A stretch of DNA of 64,000 nt. It comes from a virus (Duplodnaviria > Caudoviricetes). Made by a program: the position numbers and the translations under genes. The notes under the pieces were generated by a model that was not told where the DNA came from, ran no database searches, and saw only the letters and a list, made by a program, of their open reading frames with translations. Shown here piece by piece: positions 17,452-27,498 of the stretch (positions within the stretch are counted from its first letter, which is position 1; each line of letters starts with the position of its first letter). The DNA lies in IMG/VR virus record IMGVR_UViG_3300021430_000613, positions 7,767 to 71,766 of that record; one strand, given 5' to 3'.

Positions 17452-18297
17452 ATGAAAAAAGATCTAATAATTGGAGCGTATACCAATTATAACTGGGATA
17501 CAATTAAATATTGGGTTAACAGTCTTGATAATAGCGGGTTTACAGGAGATAAAGTTGTAATAACTTACAACAGTCACAGTTCTACTGTAAACGAACTTAT
17601 CAACCGAGGGTATACTGTACAGGCGTTTGCACGTGATGATCATGGTAATTTTGTTTATCCAAATAATTTTGTTATTGTGGTAACTAGATTTATCCATTTA
17701 TGGAACTATTTGGACAATTTGCCAAATATAAATGAGTATAGGTATGTAATTACTACTGATATGAAAGATGTAATATTTCAAAGCAATCCTAGCACATGGT
17801 TAGAAAATAATATAGCTGAGAAAAAAATTTGTGCAAGTTCAGAAAGTTTAAAATATGAAAATGAAGCATGGGGAGCAGATAATTTTCAAGGTAGTTATCC
17901 AGAGCTATGGAATTTTATAAAAAATAAAACAATTTGGAACTGCGGTGTACAAGCCGGTGATATACATACTATGAAAGATTTGTGGTTACAGATATATCTT
18001 ACATGTAGCGCTGGTAAAAGACATAACCCAGATCAAGCTGCATACAATTTATTGTTAAATCTTGAACCATGGAAATCTATAACAAGGTATACACCTAGCG
18101 AGGATGGTTGGGCTGCTCAATTAGGTACAACAATGGATCAAACTAAGATCGATAATTTTAAACCTTTTTTATTAGAGTCTGTTCCTAAAATTATAAGTGA
18201 TTGTGTTACAACATCAGATGATAAATTATATCCCATAGTACATCAATGGGACAGAGTTGATAATTTAAAAAATATTATTATGAATAAATTTAAATAA
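17452..18297 (+). CDS. GT-A fold glycosyltransferase-like protein
   Basis: VITTDMKDVIFQSNP (DxxD), NCGVQAG, DQAAYN. Confidence 0.65.
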   Translation: MKKDLIIGAYTNYNWDTIKYWVNSLDNSGFTGDKVVITYNSHSSTVNELINRGYTVQAFARDDHGNFVYPNNFVIVVTRFIHLWNYLDNLPNINEYRYVITTDMKDVIFQSNPSTWLENNIAEKKICASSESLKYENEAWGADNFQGSYPELWNFIKNKTIWNCGVQAGDIHTMKDLWLQIYLTCSAGKRHNPDQAAYNLLLNLEPWKSITRYTPSEDGWAAQLGTTMDQTKIDNFKPFLLESVPKIISDCVTTSDDKLYPIVHQWDRVDNLKNIIMNKFK

Positions 18298-18309
18298 AGG
18301 TAAGGAAGT

Positions 18310-19290
18310 ATGGAAATAACAATAGAGCAACTACACAAAGATCAAGAAATTGCACTAAATTCTAGTAGCATTAGGAATGAATATAAACCTGGTCAAAGTA
18401 TTGTTACCAGTTGTTATCGAAATGAAATTCCAGGTACATATATTTTATTATCAGAATTAAAAAGACTAGATATAAACGTTCCTATTGAAGTTTTTTATCG
18501 TGAAGGCGAACTCAATCAAGACGAGATAACAGAGTTATCTAGTATTCATCCGCCATTTATAAAATTTAAATGTTTAAACACAAAATTTACTAATTTTAAG
18601 GACCGATGGGGAAACGAAAAAGGATGGGCAACAAAAGTATATGCTATTATTGAAAGTGAATATCAAGAGAATCTTTGGATTGATTGCGATAATATACCAA
18701 TAAAAAACTGCTTGTTTTTATTTAATGATGAAGAATATCAATCAAAAGGTAGTTTGTTTTGGAGGGACGTTTATAGTATAGACCGATCTGATCAATATTG
18801 GACCGGATCAAATATGTGGAAAGTTTTTAATGTACCATATAACGATGGCGAACCATTTGAAAGCGGTCAGTTTTTAATTAACAAATCTAAAGTTTTGAAG
18901 CAATTAGAAATTGTAAAATACTATGCAGATAATTCACAGGTGTATTATCAATTTGGTGGCGATGCAGAATGCTGGAGAATGGCATGGCATTATGTTTCGT
19001 TAAAGAATAACGGATATCATCAGCCATATAACTATCTTGCATCACCAGATGTTCCTTATGGGTTTATGCCATATGGTCCATTTCATAAAGGTGTACAAAA
19101 CCCATGGCACAAATACGGTGGTGGTACAGTAATGGTACAACGTGACAGAAACGGAATTGAGTTATTTAATCATAGAAACATTATGAAATTTCAATGGTCA
19201 GATAAAAATCCATTTAATAACGATGTAGCTAATGAAACTACATACCATATGATTATTAATCATCTTCTACACAAATATAAACCTCGGTAA
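18310..19290 (+). CDS. Alpha-mannosyltransferase-like protein (GT71, MNN2/MNN1 family)
   Basis: PIEVFY, KVYAIIESEYQENLWIDCDN.P, LF...EY...GSLFW.D, ESGQFLINKS, GDAECWRMAW. Confidence 0.75.
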   Translation: MEITIEQLHKDQEIALNSSSIRNEYKPGQSIVTSCYRNEIPGTYILLSELKRLDINVPIEVFYREGELNQDEITELSSIHPPFIKFKCLNTKFTNFKDRWGNEKGWATKVYAIIESEYQENLWIDCDNIPIKNCLFLFNDEEYQSKGSLFWRDVYSIDRSDQYWTGSNMWKVFNVPYNDGEPFESGQFLINKSKVLKQLEIVKYYADNSQVYYQFGGDAECWRMAWHYVSLKNNGYHQPYNYLASPDVPYGFMPYGPFHKGVQNPWHKYGGGTVMVQRDRNGIELFNHRNIMKFQWSDKNPFNNDVANETTYHMIINHLLHKYKPR

Positions 19291-19295
19291 AATAA

Positions 19296-20471
19296 ATGGC
19301 TATAGATATACCTTATAAATTTGAATTCCCTCTAGAATGGAATTTATTAAGAACTCCAGTTAGACCTGTAGAATTACAAGTTTGTAATTTTGAAAATAGG
19401 TTTGATTATAAAACTGTATGGAACGATGCTGTTCAAGTAAAACACGATAATGTTTTTCTTATAGGGCCACCATTGTATCAGTCATTAAACTGGTTTAAAG
19501 ATAATTGTTACTTTGAAGATCAAAATCATCGAAGGCTTCAATGGATACACAATGACTATGATAGAATGGGAATAACAGTAGTTAACACTAATAATTGGAT
19601 TAACTATATTTGGTTAGTAAGTCCACACGGAAGATATAAAATTCTAGTAAACCCTATAAGCACCGAATTTGCTGGAAAAAATGTTTTAATGTCTATAAGT
19701 CAAAATAATCCATATACTTGGATAAGGCAGTGGATAGATTATCATTATACTGTGCACGGTATAGATGCTGTTTTAATTTATGATAACGGAAGTTCTATGT
19801 ATACAGTTGAAGAACTGTATGCAGCAATTAAAAGAGACGATATTATCATTAAGGTAGTTGACTATAATGTTCCGGGAGGACCAATGGGGTCCGGACCATG
19901 GGAATGGAACGGTAAAAAAGGAGAAAGCTTGCCTTGGGATTCGGACTTTCCTGCATATGTTCTGTTTGAACATGCTAAAAGAAAATATCTACATTGTGCA
20001 CGAACTGTAATAAATTCAGCACCAGATGAACTACTTGTAATTAATAATAAAATTACATTTCAGGATGTAGCTGCGCATGTTGAGACTTCTCAATATTCGT
20101 CGCTGTTATATGACGGTCCGTGGGTAGAACCTATCGACAGTATTAGTCATGTAGTTGCAAAAAATATACCGTTTGATGATAGAAAATTTGCAAACTACTG
20201 GCATACAACTACTAATATTCACGCAGGAGTTGGTACTAAATGGTTACTATGCCCTTATCGAAATATGAATTATCAATGGCATTTACACAGAACAGATACT
20301 ATGATAAAAACAAATTCAGTTACATACGGACATTATCTTGCAATGAATAATAATTGGTATTGGGTAAGAGATGACTTTAAAGGTCAAATAGCCGATTTAC
20401 AAGAAATTCCAAACCTAAAAAAATCATTAGATATTTGGATTGCTAATAGTTCTATGTATAATTCATTATAG
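19296..20471 (+). CDS. Glycosyltransferase-like protein (GT92/GT2-like domain)
   Basis: NNPYTWIRQWIDYHYTVHGIDAVLIYDNGS; DELL. Confidence 0.6.
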   Translation: MAIDIPYKFEFPLEWNLLRTPVRPVELQVCNFENRFDYKTVWNDAVQVKHDNVFLIGPPLYQSLNWFKDNCYFEDQNHRRLQWIHNDYDRMGITVVNTNNWINYIWLVSPHGRYKILVNPISTEFAGKNVLMSISQNNPYTWIRQWIDYHYTVHGIDAVLIYDNGSSMYTVEELYAAIKRDDIIIKVVDYNVPGGPMGSGPWEWNGKKGESLPWDSDFPAYVLFEHAKRKYLHCARTVINSAPDELLVINNKITFQDVAAHVETSQYSSLLYDGPWVEPIDSISHVVAKNIPFDDRKFANYWHTTTNIHAGVGTKWLLCPYRNMNYQWHLHRTDTMIKTNSVTYGHYLAMNNNWYWVRDDFKGQIADLQEIPNLKKSLDIWIANSSMYNSL

Positions 20472-20487
20472 AGAATATAATATTAAC

Positions 20488-21528
20488 ATGACAAAAACTG
20501 CACTTATATCAGGAATAACCGGACAAGATGGCGCATATCTAACAAAGCATTTGTTAGAGGTTGGAGGATATAAAATTGTTGGATTAGTTAGACGATCAAG
20601 TCTGGTTAATTTATCAAGATTAGAAAGACTGGGTGTTAATTTATCGTCGATAGAAATAGAAACATTTGATTTAGCTGAACCATTTATGATTCAGAACCTA
20701 ATCAAAAAATACCAACCTAGAGAAATTTATAACCTGGCAGCTATGAGCTTTGTTGCTGCGAGTTTCGACGTTCCGTTGTATACTATGGATACAAATGCAA
20801 GTTCTGTATTTCGATTTGTTACAAGTATTATGAATACAGATCCAAGTATTAAATTCTATCAAGCAGGTACTAGCGAAATGTTTGGTAAAGTGCAAGAAGT
20901 TCCACAAAAAGAAACTACGGCATTTTATCCTCGCAGTCCATACGGCGTTGCAAAATTAGCTGCGTACTGGTATGTAAAAAACTACAGAGAAAGTTATAAC
21001 TTTTTTGGATGTAATGGAATATTGTTTAATCATGAAAGTCCGTTAAGAGGACCAGAATTTGTAACTAGAAAAATTACAATGGGTCTTGCAAATATATTTG
21101 TAAACGACGGACCTCCTATACTATTAGGAAACTTAGATGCCGTACGAGACTGGGGTCATGCAGCAGACTATGTAAATGCTATACATTTAATGATGCAACA
21201 AGATCATCCTGACGATTATGTAATTAGTACCAATGAAGCACATACTGTTAGTGAATTTTGTGAAATTGCAGCAAGCTATATAGGATATAATCTAGAATGG
21301 CACGGTGAAGGATTAGATCGCATAGGTATAGATAAAAAATCTGGAAAGATATTAATTAAAATTGATCAAAAGCTATTAAGGCCTGCTGAAGTTGATTTAT
21401 TGTTAGGTGACAATACCAAGGCTAAAAATCAACTAGGATGGCAGCAAAAATATAATTTTATCGAGTTAGTACAAGAAATGATGAACAGCGATATCGAACT
21501 AGCACGAGCACGAAAGGATTTAAAATGA
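20488..21528 (+). CDS. gmd: GDP-mannose 4,6-dehydratase
   Basis: ALISGITGQDGAYL, YNLAAMSFV, FYQAGTSEMFG, FYPRSPYGVAK, LFNHESPLRG.EFVTRKI, RDWGHA, RPAEVD.LLGD. Confidence 0.97.
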   Translation: MTKTALISGITGQDGAYLTKHLLEVGGYKIVGLVRRSSLVNLSRLERLGVNLSSIEIETFDLAEPFMIQNLIKKYQPREIYNLAAMSFVAASFDVPLYTMDTNASSVFRFVTSIMNTDPSIKFYQAGTSEMFGKVQEVPQKETTAFYPRSPYGVAKLAAYWYVKNYRESYNFFGCNGILFNHESPLRGPEFVTRKITMGLANIFVNDGPPILLGNLDAVRDWGHAADYVNAIHLMMQQDHPDDYVISTNEAHTVSEFCEIAASYIGYNLEWHGEGLDRIGIDKKSGKILIKIDQKLLRPAEVDLLLGDNTKAKNQLGWQQKYNFIELVQEMMNSDIELARARKDLK

Positions 21529-22700
21529 ACTACAAATGGCCGCTTATGCATAATATAATCACAGAAGAAGACAAACAGTCTATGATAGATTTTATTAAAA
21601 ATACAGATAGATTTACTAACGGTCCAAAGGTAAGAGAATTTGAAACTAACTGGAATAGATGGCTAGGAAGTAAGCATAGTTTGTTTGTTAGTAGCGGTAG
21701 CACTGCTAATCTTCTTTTAATTAATGCTTTAAAAGAAATTTATAATTTAAAAGATGGTGATAAAGTACTGGTTCCAGCATGTACCTGGGTTACAAATATA
21801 TCTCCTGTGTTCCAATGCGGATTAAAACCAATATTTTGTGATATCAATCTCAATAATTATAGCTTTGACATTGATCATGCTAAGAAAATTTCAAAAACTC
21901 ATCCAGATATTAAGGTAATATTTTTTACACATCTTCTTGGATTTAGTGCCGATGTTGAAGCTATTAGAGATATATGGCCAAATGCATTGTCCATTGAAGA
22001 TATTTGTGAAAGCCATGGGTGTTGTTCACCAACCGGCTCAAAACGTGGATCAGATTCTATAGGTGCTACGTTTAGTTTTTATTTTGGTCATCATATGACT
22101 ACTGTAGAAGGTGGCATGGTTAGTACAAATAACAACGATCTATATAACATAATGAAAATAAAGAGAAGCCACGGATTAGCAAGAGAGCTTCCCCCTGACC
22201 TATATGCAAAGGCCAGTGCAGAACATTCTAATATTGATCCAAACTTTTTATTCTTAACAGATGGTTATAATTTTAGAAACAATGAAATTGCAGCCGTGTT
22301 AGGTATTAGCCAGTTAGCTAAGTTAGATGATACCATTTCTGTTCGTAAAAATAATTTTAAAAAATTTATGGAAATTATAAAGAAATATGATAGTCGTTTT
22401 CATTTACCAAATGATGATCTTTCTACAAATAGCAATTATGCATTTCCATTGATATTTAAGAATCAAGAAGATTTTTACCAGCTAAAAGAGAAATTTATTA
22501 CAGAAAAGGTAGAATATAGGCCAATAGTCGGAGGAAACCTTTTACTACAGCCGTTCCTTAAAAATTATCAATTAGAACCAGATAGTAATCTTAATGTCCA
22601 AATATTACACAACAATGGAGTATATGTTGGTAACAACCAATACGTTGGTTCAACTGAGTTAAATATTTTAGAGAAAATATTAAATGGAATGTTTAAATGA
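21525..22700 (+). CDS. colD: GDP-4-keto-6-deoxymannose 3-dehydratase (ColD-like, PLP-dependent)
   Basis: DegT/DnrJ fold (SSGSTANLL, EDICESHG); SFYFGHHMTTVEGG has His in place of the catalytic Lys, as in ColD; follows gmd. Confidence 0.8.
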   Translation: MNYKWPLMHNIITEEDKQSMIDFIKNTDRFTNGPKVREFETNWNRWLGSKHSLFVSSGSTANLLLINALKEIYNLKDGDKVLVPACTWVTNISPVFQCGLKPIFCDINLNNYSFDIDHAKKISKTHPDIKVIFFTHLLGFSADVEAIRDIWPNALSIEDICESHGCCSPTGSKRGSDSIGATFSFYFGHHMTTVEGGMVSTNNNDLYNIMKIKRSHGLARELPPDLYAKASAEHSNIDPNFLFLTDGYNFRNNEIAAVLGISQLAKLDDTISVRKNNFKKFMEIIKKYDSRFHLPNDDLSTNSNYAFPLIFKNQEDFYQLKEKFITEKVEYRPIVGGNLLLQPFLKNYQLEPDSNLNVQILHNNGVYVGNNQYVGSTELNILEKILNGMFK

Positions 22701-23473
22701 AAATATTAATTTGTACTATAATGAGAGACAATGAGAAATTTTTACCTCGTTATTTCTCTCAACTAAAATCATTTGTTACAAAACTATCTGACAAACATAC
22801 ATTTTATTTGAGCATTTACGAAAATGACAGTAAAGACAATACTGCTAGGATGCTGAGAGAAGAAAATTATTCATTATTTCCTCGTTATAGTGTTATATCC
22901 GGTTTAAAAAACACTAAAAAATTTGGTAGTGTGGTTGCAGAAGAAAGAGTTAAAAATCTTGCACACGCAAGAAATAATGCAATGTTAGTTGATGATATGT
23001 ATAAAGATGTCGATTATATCATGTTTATCGACAGCGACATAGAATATCAAGACGAATTTATCTATCAGTTATTAAATTGGAAAGAAGCTGGGATTCCAGA
23101 TCCCGATGTATATAGCGGATTGAATGTCGTACCACAACAACCGCATGAAAATAATACATTTCCAAGCTATACATATAATAATGTAGTTTATCGTGTATAT
23201 GATACGTGGGCTACCAGACGTAATAGCAACGAAGAATGGGGATCATGGCATCCAGATGCTCTAAAAAAACCAATTGATAAATTCTATGCAACATATAATG
23301 GTGTTTGTCTTTTTAAAGCTGAGCATATTAGAAGTGGTATAAGATTTGATCATAGAAATCAAAGGTTAGGAAAATTTGACCTGGAAATTGCATGCCTTTG
23401 TGAGCAATTGCATGCTGCTGGTCATCATAATATATACATTAATCAATTCTTATGGTGTCACCACAATGAATAA
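22697..23473 (+). CDS. Glycosyltransferase (CAP59/GT69-like or Anp1-like GT-A)
   Basis: LSIYENDSKDNT, RVKNLAHARN, MFIDSDI, YDTWATR, NGVC. Confidence 0.6.
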   Translation: MKILICTIMRDNEKFLPRYFSQLKSFVTKLSDKHTFYLSIYENDSKDNTARMLREENYSLFPRYSVISGLKNTKKFGSVVAEERVKNLAHARNNAMLVDDMYKDVDYIMFIDSDIEYQDEFIYQLLNWKEAGIPDPDVYSGLNVVPQQPHENNTFPSYTYNNVVYRVYDTWATRRNSNEEWGSWHPDALKKPIDKFYATYNGVCLFKAEHIRSGIRFDHRNQRLGKFDLEIACLCEQLHAAGHHNIYINQFLWCHHNE

Positions 23474-23524
23474 TTTAACGTATTAGCTGTTAACAGAAAT
23501 ATAGATAAAGAATATATTGTTGTA

Positions 23525-23554
23525 TTGACAATCTAACTCTAACATAACTAAACT
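23525..23554 (+). promoter_or_regulatory. Sigma70-type promoter upstream of rfbH
   Basis: TTGACA-18 nt-TAAACT in the 100-nt gap before ATG 23573. Confidence 0.5.
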
Positions 23555-23572
23555 TAGTTTAGGAATATTTTT

Positions 23573-24901
23573 ATGACCAAATTAGATTCAATATTAACTG
23601 CTATTACTGAATACATTAAAGAAAAAAATCAAAATAAAAAATGGAGACCCGGTATTGATACTGTTCAATATTCAGGTCCTTATTTTGATGATGATGAATA
23701 TATTCGAGCAGCCACAAGCTTATTAAACGGTTGGTTAGTTCTTGGCAAAGATGCGCAGTCTTTTGAATATAAATTTCCAAAATTATTTGGTAAGGATTGG
23801 GGTATACTAACAAATAGCGGTAGTAGTTCTAATCTTATACAGATGAATTCTCTGCGTAGTAGACGTTTATGGAATTTACCTAAAGGTTCAAAAGTACTTA
23901 CACCTATTGCAGGGTTTCCAACAACCGTAAATCCAATATTTCAATGCGGATTTACGCCGATATTTGTAGATATTGAAATTACATCATTAAATCTAAATTT
24001 GCAACAAGTTGAGCAAGCATTGGAATCAAATCCAGACTGTAAAGTTATTACATTTGCTCATGTATTAGGTAATCCACCAAACATGAATCAACTAATGGAA
24101 TTGGTTAAAAAATACAATCTAATACTGCTTGAAGATTGCTGTGATGCTCTTGGCAGTACATATGATGGTAACCCACTTGGCAGTTTTGGCGAAATGGCCA
24201 GCTGCAGCTTTTATCCAGCACATCATATGACCATGGGCGAAGGCGGATTTGTTGCTTGTAAAACACAAGAACAAGAGCGAGTAATCAGAAGTTTTAGAGA
24301 ATGGGGTCGAGGTTGTTATTGTGTCGGCCAAGAAGCTAATCTTCTTAAAAACGGTACTTGCAAATGTAGATTTAGTAATTGGATTTCTGCATTTCCAGAA
24401 GAAACATTTGATCACAAATATGTGTATGATGAAATTGGCTATAATCTAAAACCAATTGAACTGCAAGCAAGTATGGGTCTAGCACAATTAGATAAGCTTA
24501 ATATTATACATGCTAAGAGAAAAGCTAATCATAAAATGCTATTGGAAAAGTTTAAACTGTACGAAGATTTCTTTTATTTGCCAACTGCAACAGAACTAAG
24601 TGATCCAAGTTGGTTTGCATTTGCGATTACTATCAAAGATAGATCAAAGTTTACAAGATCGCAAATAACCGATCATTTAGAATCAGCAAAGATACAAACT
24701 CGACCATACTTCGCAGGTAATATTATGTTACAACCTGCATATAGTTATATGATTGATGTTAATCGTTGCAAAGAGCTTTATCCAGTTGCAACAAAAGTAA
24801 TGACTGATACATTTTTCCTAGGTACAAGTCCAGTTATAACACCCGAACAAATTGATTATATTGGAGAGCAGTTAGATATCTTTATGAAAGACATGGTATG
24901 A
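23573..24901 (+). CDS. rfbH: NDP-4-keto-6-deoxyglucose 3-dehydrase (RfbH/DdhC/E1 family)
   Basis: TNSGSSSNL, FPTTVNPI, LLEDCCDALG, SFYPAHHMTMGEGG, WGRGCYC..C (Fe-S ligands), DHKYVY.EIGYNLKP, TRPYFAGN. Confidence 0.92.
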   Translation: MTKLDSILTAITEYIKEKNQNKKWRPGIDTVQYSGPYFDDDEYIRAATSLLNGWLVLGKDAQSFEYKFPKLFGKDWGILTNSGSSSNLIQMNSLRSRRLWNLPKGSKVLTPIAGFPTTVNPIFQCGFTPIFVDIEITSLNLNLQQVEQALESNPDCKVITFAHVLGNPPNMNQLMELVKKYNLILLEDCCDALGSTYDGNPLGSFGEMASCSFYPAHHMTMGEGGFVACKTQEQERVIRSFREWGRGCYCVGQEANLLKNGTCKCRFSNWISAFPEETFDHKYVYDEIGYNLKPIELQASMGLAQLDKLNIIHAKRKANHKMLLEKFKLYEDFFYLPTATELSDPSWFAFAITIKDRSKFTRSQITDHLESAKIQTRPYFAGNIMLQPAYSYMIDVNRCKELYPVATKVMTDTFFLGTSPVITPEQIDYIGEQLDIFMKDMV

Positions 24902-25956
24902 GAGTTTGTGATTACATAGCTGAATATTTTTGGCAACAGGGTTGTAAACACGTTTATGGTCTGATGGGTGGCGGCGCAAGCGGTCTCAACGATGGATTTA
25001 TTAAACATGGCAAAATGCAATACGTTTGTTTTCATAATGAGCAAGGTGCTGCGCATGCTGCTGTTGCCGAATCAAAACTCACAGGTAATATAAGTCTGGT
25101 AAATCCCACAACTGGATGTGGTGGTACAAACTGTATTACAAGTTTATTAGCTGCATGGCAAGACAGTGTACCTGTGATATTCATTAGCGGTAATGTAGGA
25201 TTAGAGCAATGTTCAAGGTTCCTTAAAAAGAATACCAATGCAGGTAGTCTAAGAAAGTTTGGCATTCAAGAACACGACATTATTGAAACTGTAAAAAGTA
25301 TTACCAAATGTGCTAGATTTATTAGTGATCCAAAAGATGTTAAAATAACATTGCACGAAGCAGTTTGTCTTGCACAATCAGGACGGCCTGGTCCAGTATG
25401 GATTGATATACCAGCAAACATACAAACAGCTGAGATGCCAGACTTAGACGATCCTGCATATAATTTTACAGATTATGTGTTAACATACAAACAAAATGCA
25501 CATCAACAACTTCCAAATATATTAAAAGATAAAAAACGTCCAATTATATTAGCAGGACAAGGTATTAAACAATCTAAAACTCAAGATCAATTTAAACAAT
25601 TTATAGAACAGTATAACATACCATATGTTTACACGTATGGTGCTAGTGATTTATTACCACACAATCATCCATTATCTGTTGGTGCAATTGGAATTAAAGG
25701 ATCTCGTGCTGGTAACTTTGCTATGCAAGCTGCAGATTTATTAATAATACTTGGATGCAGTGTGAATAATAGTCATACTGGATATGATATAAAAACGTGG
25801 TCGCCACATAGTACCAAATTTTTTATAACTATAGATGATAATGAATATAACAAATATATACATAATTTTACCGACAGAGAGATTATACCAATAGATTGGC
25901 GTCTGTGCTGTGATTTATCAACTTTTTTTAAGGATATGTTACACAATGATAAATGA
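24898..25956 (+). CDS. ThDP-dependent carboligase (YerE/acetolactate synthase-like), N-terminal and middle domains
   Basis: GGG....ND, HNEQGA.HAA.A, TTGCGGTN.IT....AWQDS.P, GRPGPVW.DIP.N.Q, G..G.RAGN. Confidence 0.88.
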   Translation: MRVCDYIAEYFWQQGCKHVYGLMGGGASGLNDGFIKHGKMQYVCFHNEQGAAHAAVAESKLTGNISLVNPTTGCGGTNCITSLLAAWQDSVPVIFISGNVGLEQCSRFLKKNTNAGSLRKFGIQEHDIIETVKSITKCARFISDPKDVKITLHEAVCLAQSGRPGPVWIDIPANIQTAEMPDLDDPAYNFTDYVLTYKQNAHQQLPNILKDKKRPIILAGQGIKQSKTQDQFKQFIEQYNIPYVYTYGASDLLPHNHPLSVGAIGIKGSRAGNFAMQAADLLIILGCSVNNSHTGYDIKTWSPHSTKFFITIDDNEYNKYIHNFTDREIIPIDWRLCCDLSTFFKDMLHNDK

Positions 25957-26704
25957 TGAATGGGTATCTAAGTGCCAACAATGGAAAAAACAATGGCCAG
26001 TGTATCAAACTGAACATGCTAATGATTCTCATGGTCTTGATATCTATGAAGTATTAGAATCTGTTAATGAGATATTAACAGATAATAATCTAGTTGTTGC
26101 AGATGCGGGTAGTCCAAGTTATGCATGTCCTACTGCATTAAAAGCAACATGTTCAAATCAATTTATCTTTAATCCCAGTCAAGCAGACATGGGATGGGCA
26201 GTTCCTGCCAGTGTAGGTGTTGCATTAAATGCAAAAGATAAGCTTACATTAGCCATTATAGGTGATGGTAGCTTTTATTCTAACATGCAAGAAATAGCAG
26301 TAATCAAATATTTAGATTTACCTGTTAAGCTGATTGTTCTTAACAATGGCGGTTATTTAAGTATTAAGAACACACAGACAAAATATTTTGAAGGTAGAGT
26401 ATATGGTGTTGATCAATCAAGCGGTTTATTTTTTCCATCACTTAATAAAGTGGCTGAAGCGTTTGAGATTAAATATCAAAAGATTAGCAACAGAAATGAG
26501 CTAAAAGGATCATTTAGTCAATTGAATGATCTAGACCATAGATACCCAGAGATTATAGAAGTAATATGTAAGATAGATCAGGAAATACTGCCTGCACAAT
26601 CTTTTAAAGTATTACCAGATGGTACACGAGTTCAAGCACCATTACATGATATGGCACCGTTTTTATCTCAAGAGGAGTTAGATCGAGAATGGCCAATAAA
26701 GTAG
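25946..26704 (+). CDS. ThDP-dependent carboligase, C-terminal ThDP-binding domain (split gene)
   Basis: MGWAVPASVG, GDGSF..NMQE, NNGGYLSI..TQ; ATG 25946 with an AAGGA SD overlaps the upstream stop. Confidence 0.85.
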   Translation: MINDEWVSKCQQWKKQWPVYQTEHANDSHGLDIYEVLESVNEILTDNNLVVADAGSPSYACPTALKATCSNQFIFNPSQADMGWAVPASVGVALNAKDKLTLAIIGDGSFYSNMQEIAVIKYLDLPVKLIVLNNGGYLSIKNTQTKYFEGRVYGVDQSSGLFFPSLNKVAEAFEIKYQKISNRNELKGSFSQLNDLDHRYPEIIEVICKIDQEILPAQSFKVLPDGTRVQAPLHDMAPFLSQEELDREWPIK

Positions 26705-27498
26705 CTGTACTTGGCAGTAATGGAGTAATTGGTAATTTTTTATCTCAAAGATTAGAAGGTTATCAAATTACATCAATAAATCGTCAAATATTAGATTTAT
26801 CAAATACTTATCAAGTAAAAGATTACTTTAAAAATCACTACTATGATATAGTCATAAATTGTGCTGCAAATATTAACAGCGATTTTAATGCACCTATTTC
26901 GGTTGCCACAGATAATTTTGTTATGTTTTCAAATTTATATCAAGCAAGGAACAATTTTGGTCGATATATAAACTTTTGTTCCGGTGCAGCATTTGATAGA
27001 AACCGTAGCATAGATAATGCTGATGAAGAAGTTATCTTGACAAGAAAACCAAATGACCCATACGGTATGAGCAAAAATATAATTTCTCGTATTTGTTTAT
27101 ATACTGAAAATTTTTATACCATACGAATATTTGGAACATTTTATTATCAAGAAAATTCAAAAAGATTATTGCCAAAGATTTTAAATAAGGAAAATATTGT
27201 AATACAAGACAGATATTTTGATTATTTCTATTTAGAAGATTTGTTACCATTAGTTAATTACCTTATTAAGGATAATAGTCCACAGTTTAAAGATATAAAT
27301 GCAGTATACCAAAATAAATTATTATTAAGTGAATTTGTCACAGGTTTTTGCAACATACATAGTATAGACATGTCTCACATTACTATAAATTCAACAGAAA
27401 TTAATAATATGATTAACTATACTGGTTCTGCAAAAAGATATAGTAGTTTAAATCTATCTGCAATTGGCATAGAAAATGGAATGAAAAAATACAAATGA
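26689..27498 (+). CDS. NAD-dependent epimerase/reductase (extended SDR)
   Basis: VLGSNGVIG Rossmann motif, YGMSK (YxxxK), IRIFG. Confidence 0.85.
   Translation: MANKVAVLGSNGVIGNFLSQRLEGYQITSINRQILDLSNTYQVKDYFKNHYYDIVINCAANINSDFNAPISVATDNFVMFSNLYQARNNFGRYINFCSGAAFDRNRSIDNADEEVILTRKPNDPYGMSKNIISRICLYTENFYTIRIFGTFYYQENSKRLLPKILNKENIVIQDRYFDYFYLEDLLPLVNYLIKDNSPQFKDINAVYQNKLLLSEFVTGFCNIHSIDMSHITINSTEINNMINYTGSAKRYSSLNLSAIGIENGMKKYK

Noticed and set aside
24898-26704. Acetolactate synthase as a branched-chain amino-acid auxiliary metabolic gene
   Set aside because: Context between rfbH and an SDR reductase fits YerE-type sugar branching; no ilvC, ilvD or ilvH in the window
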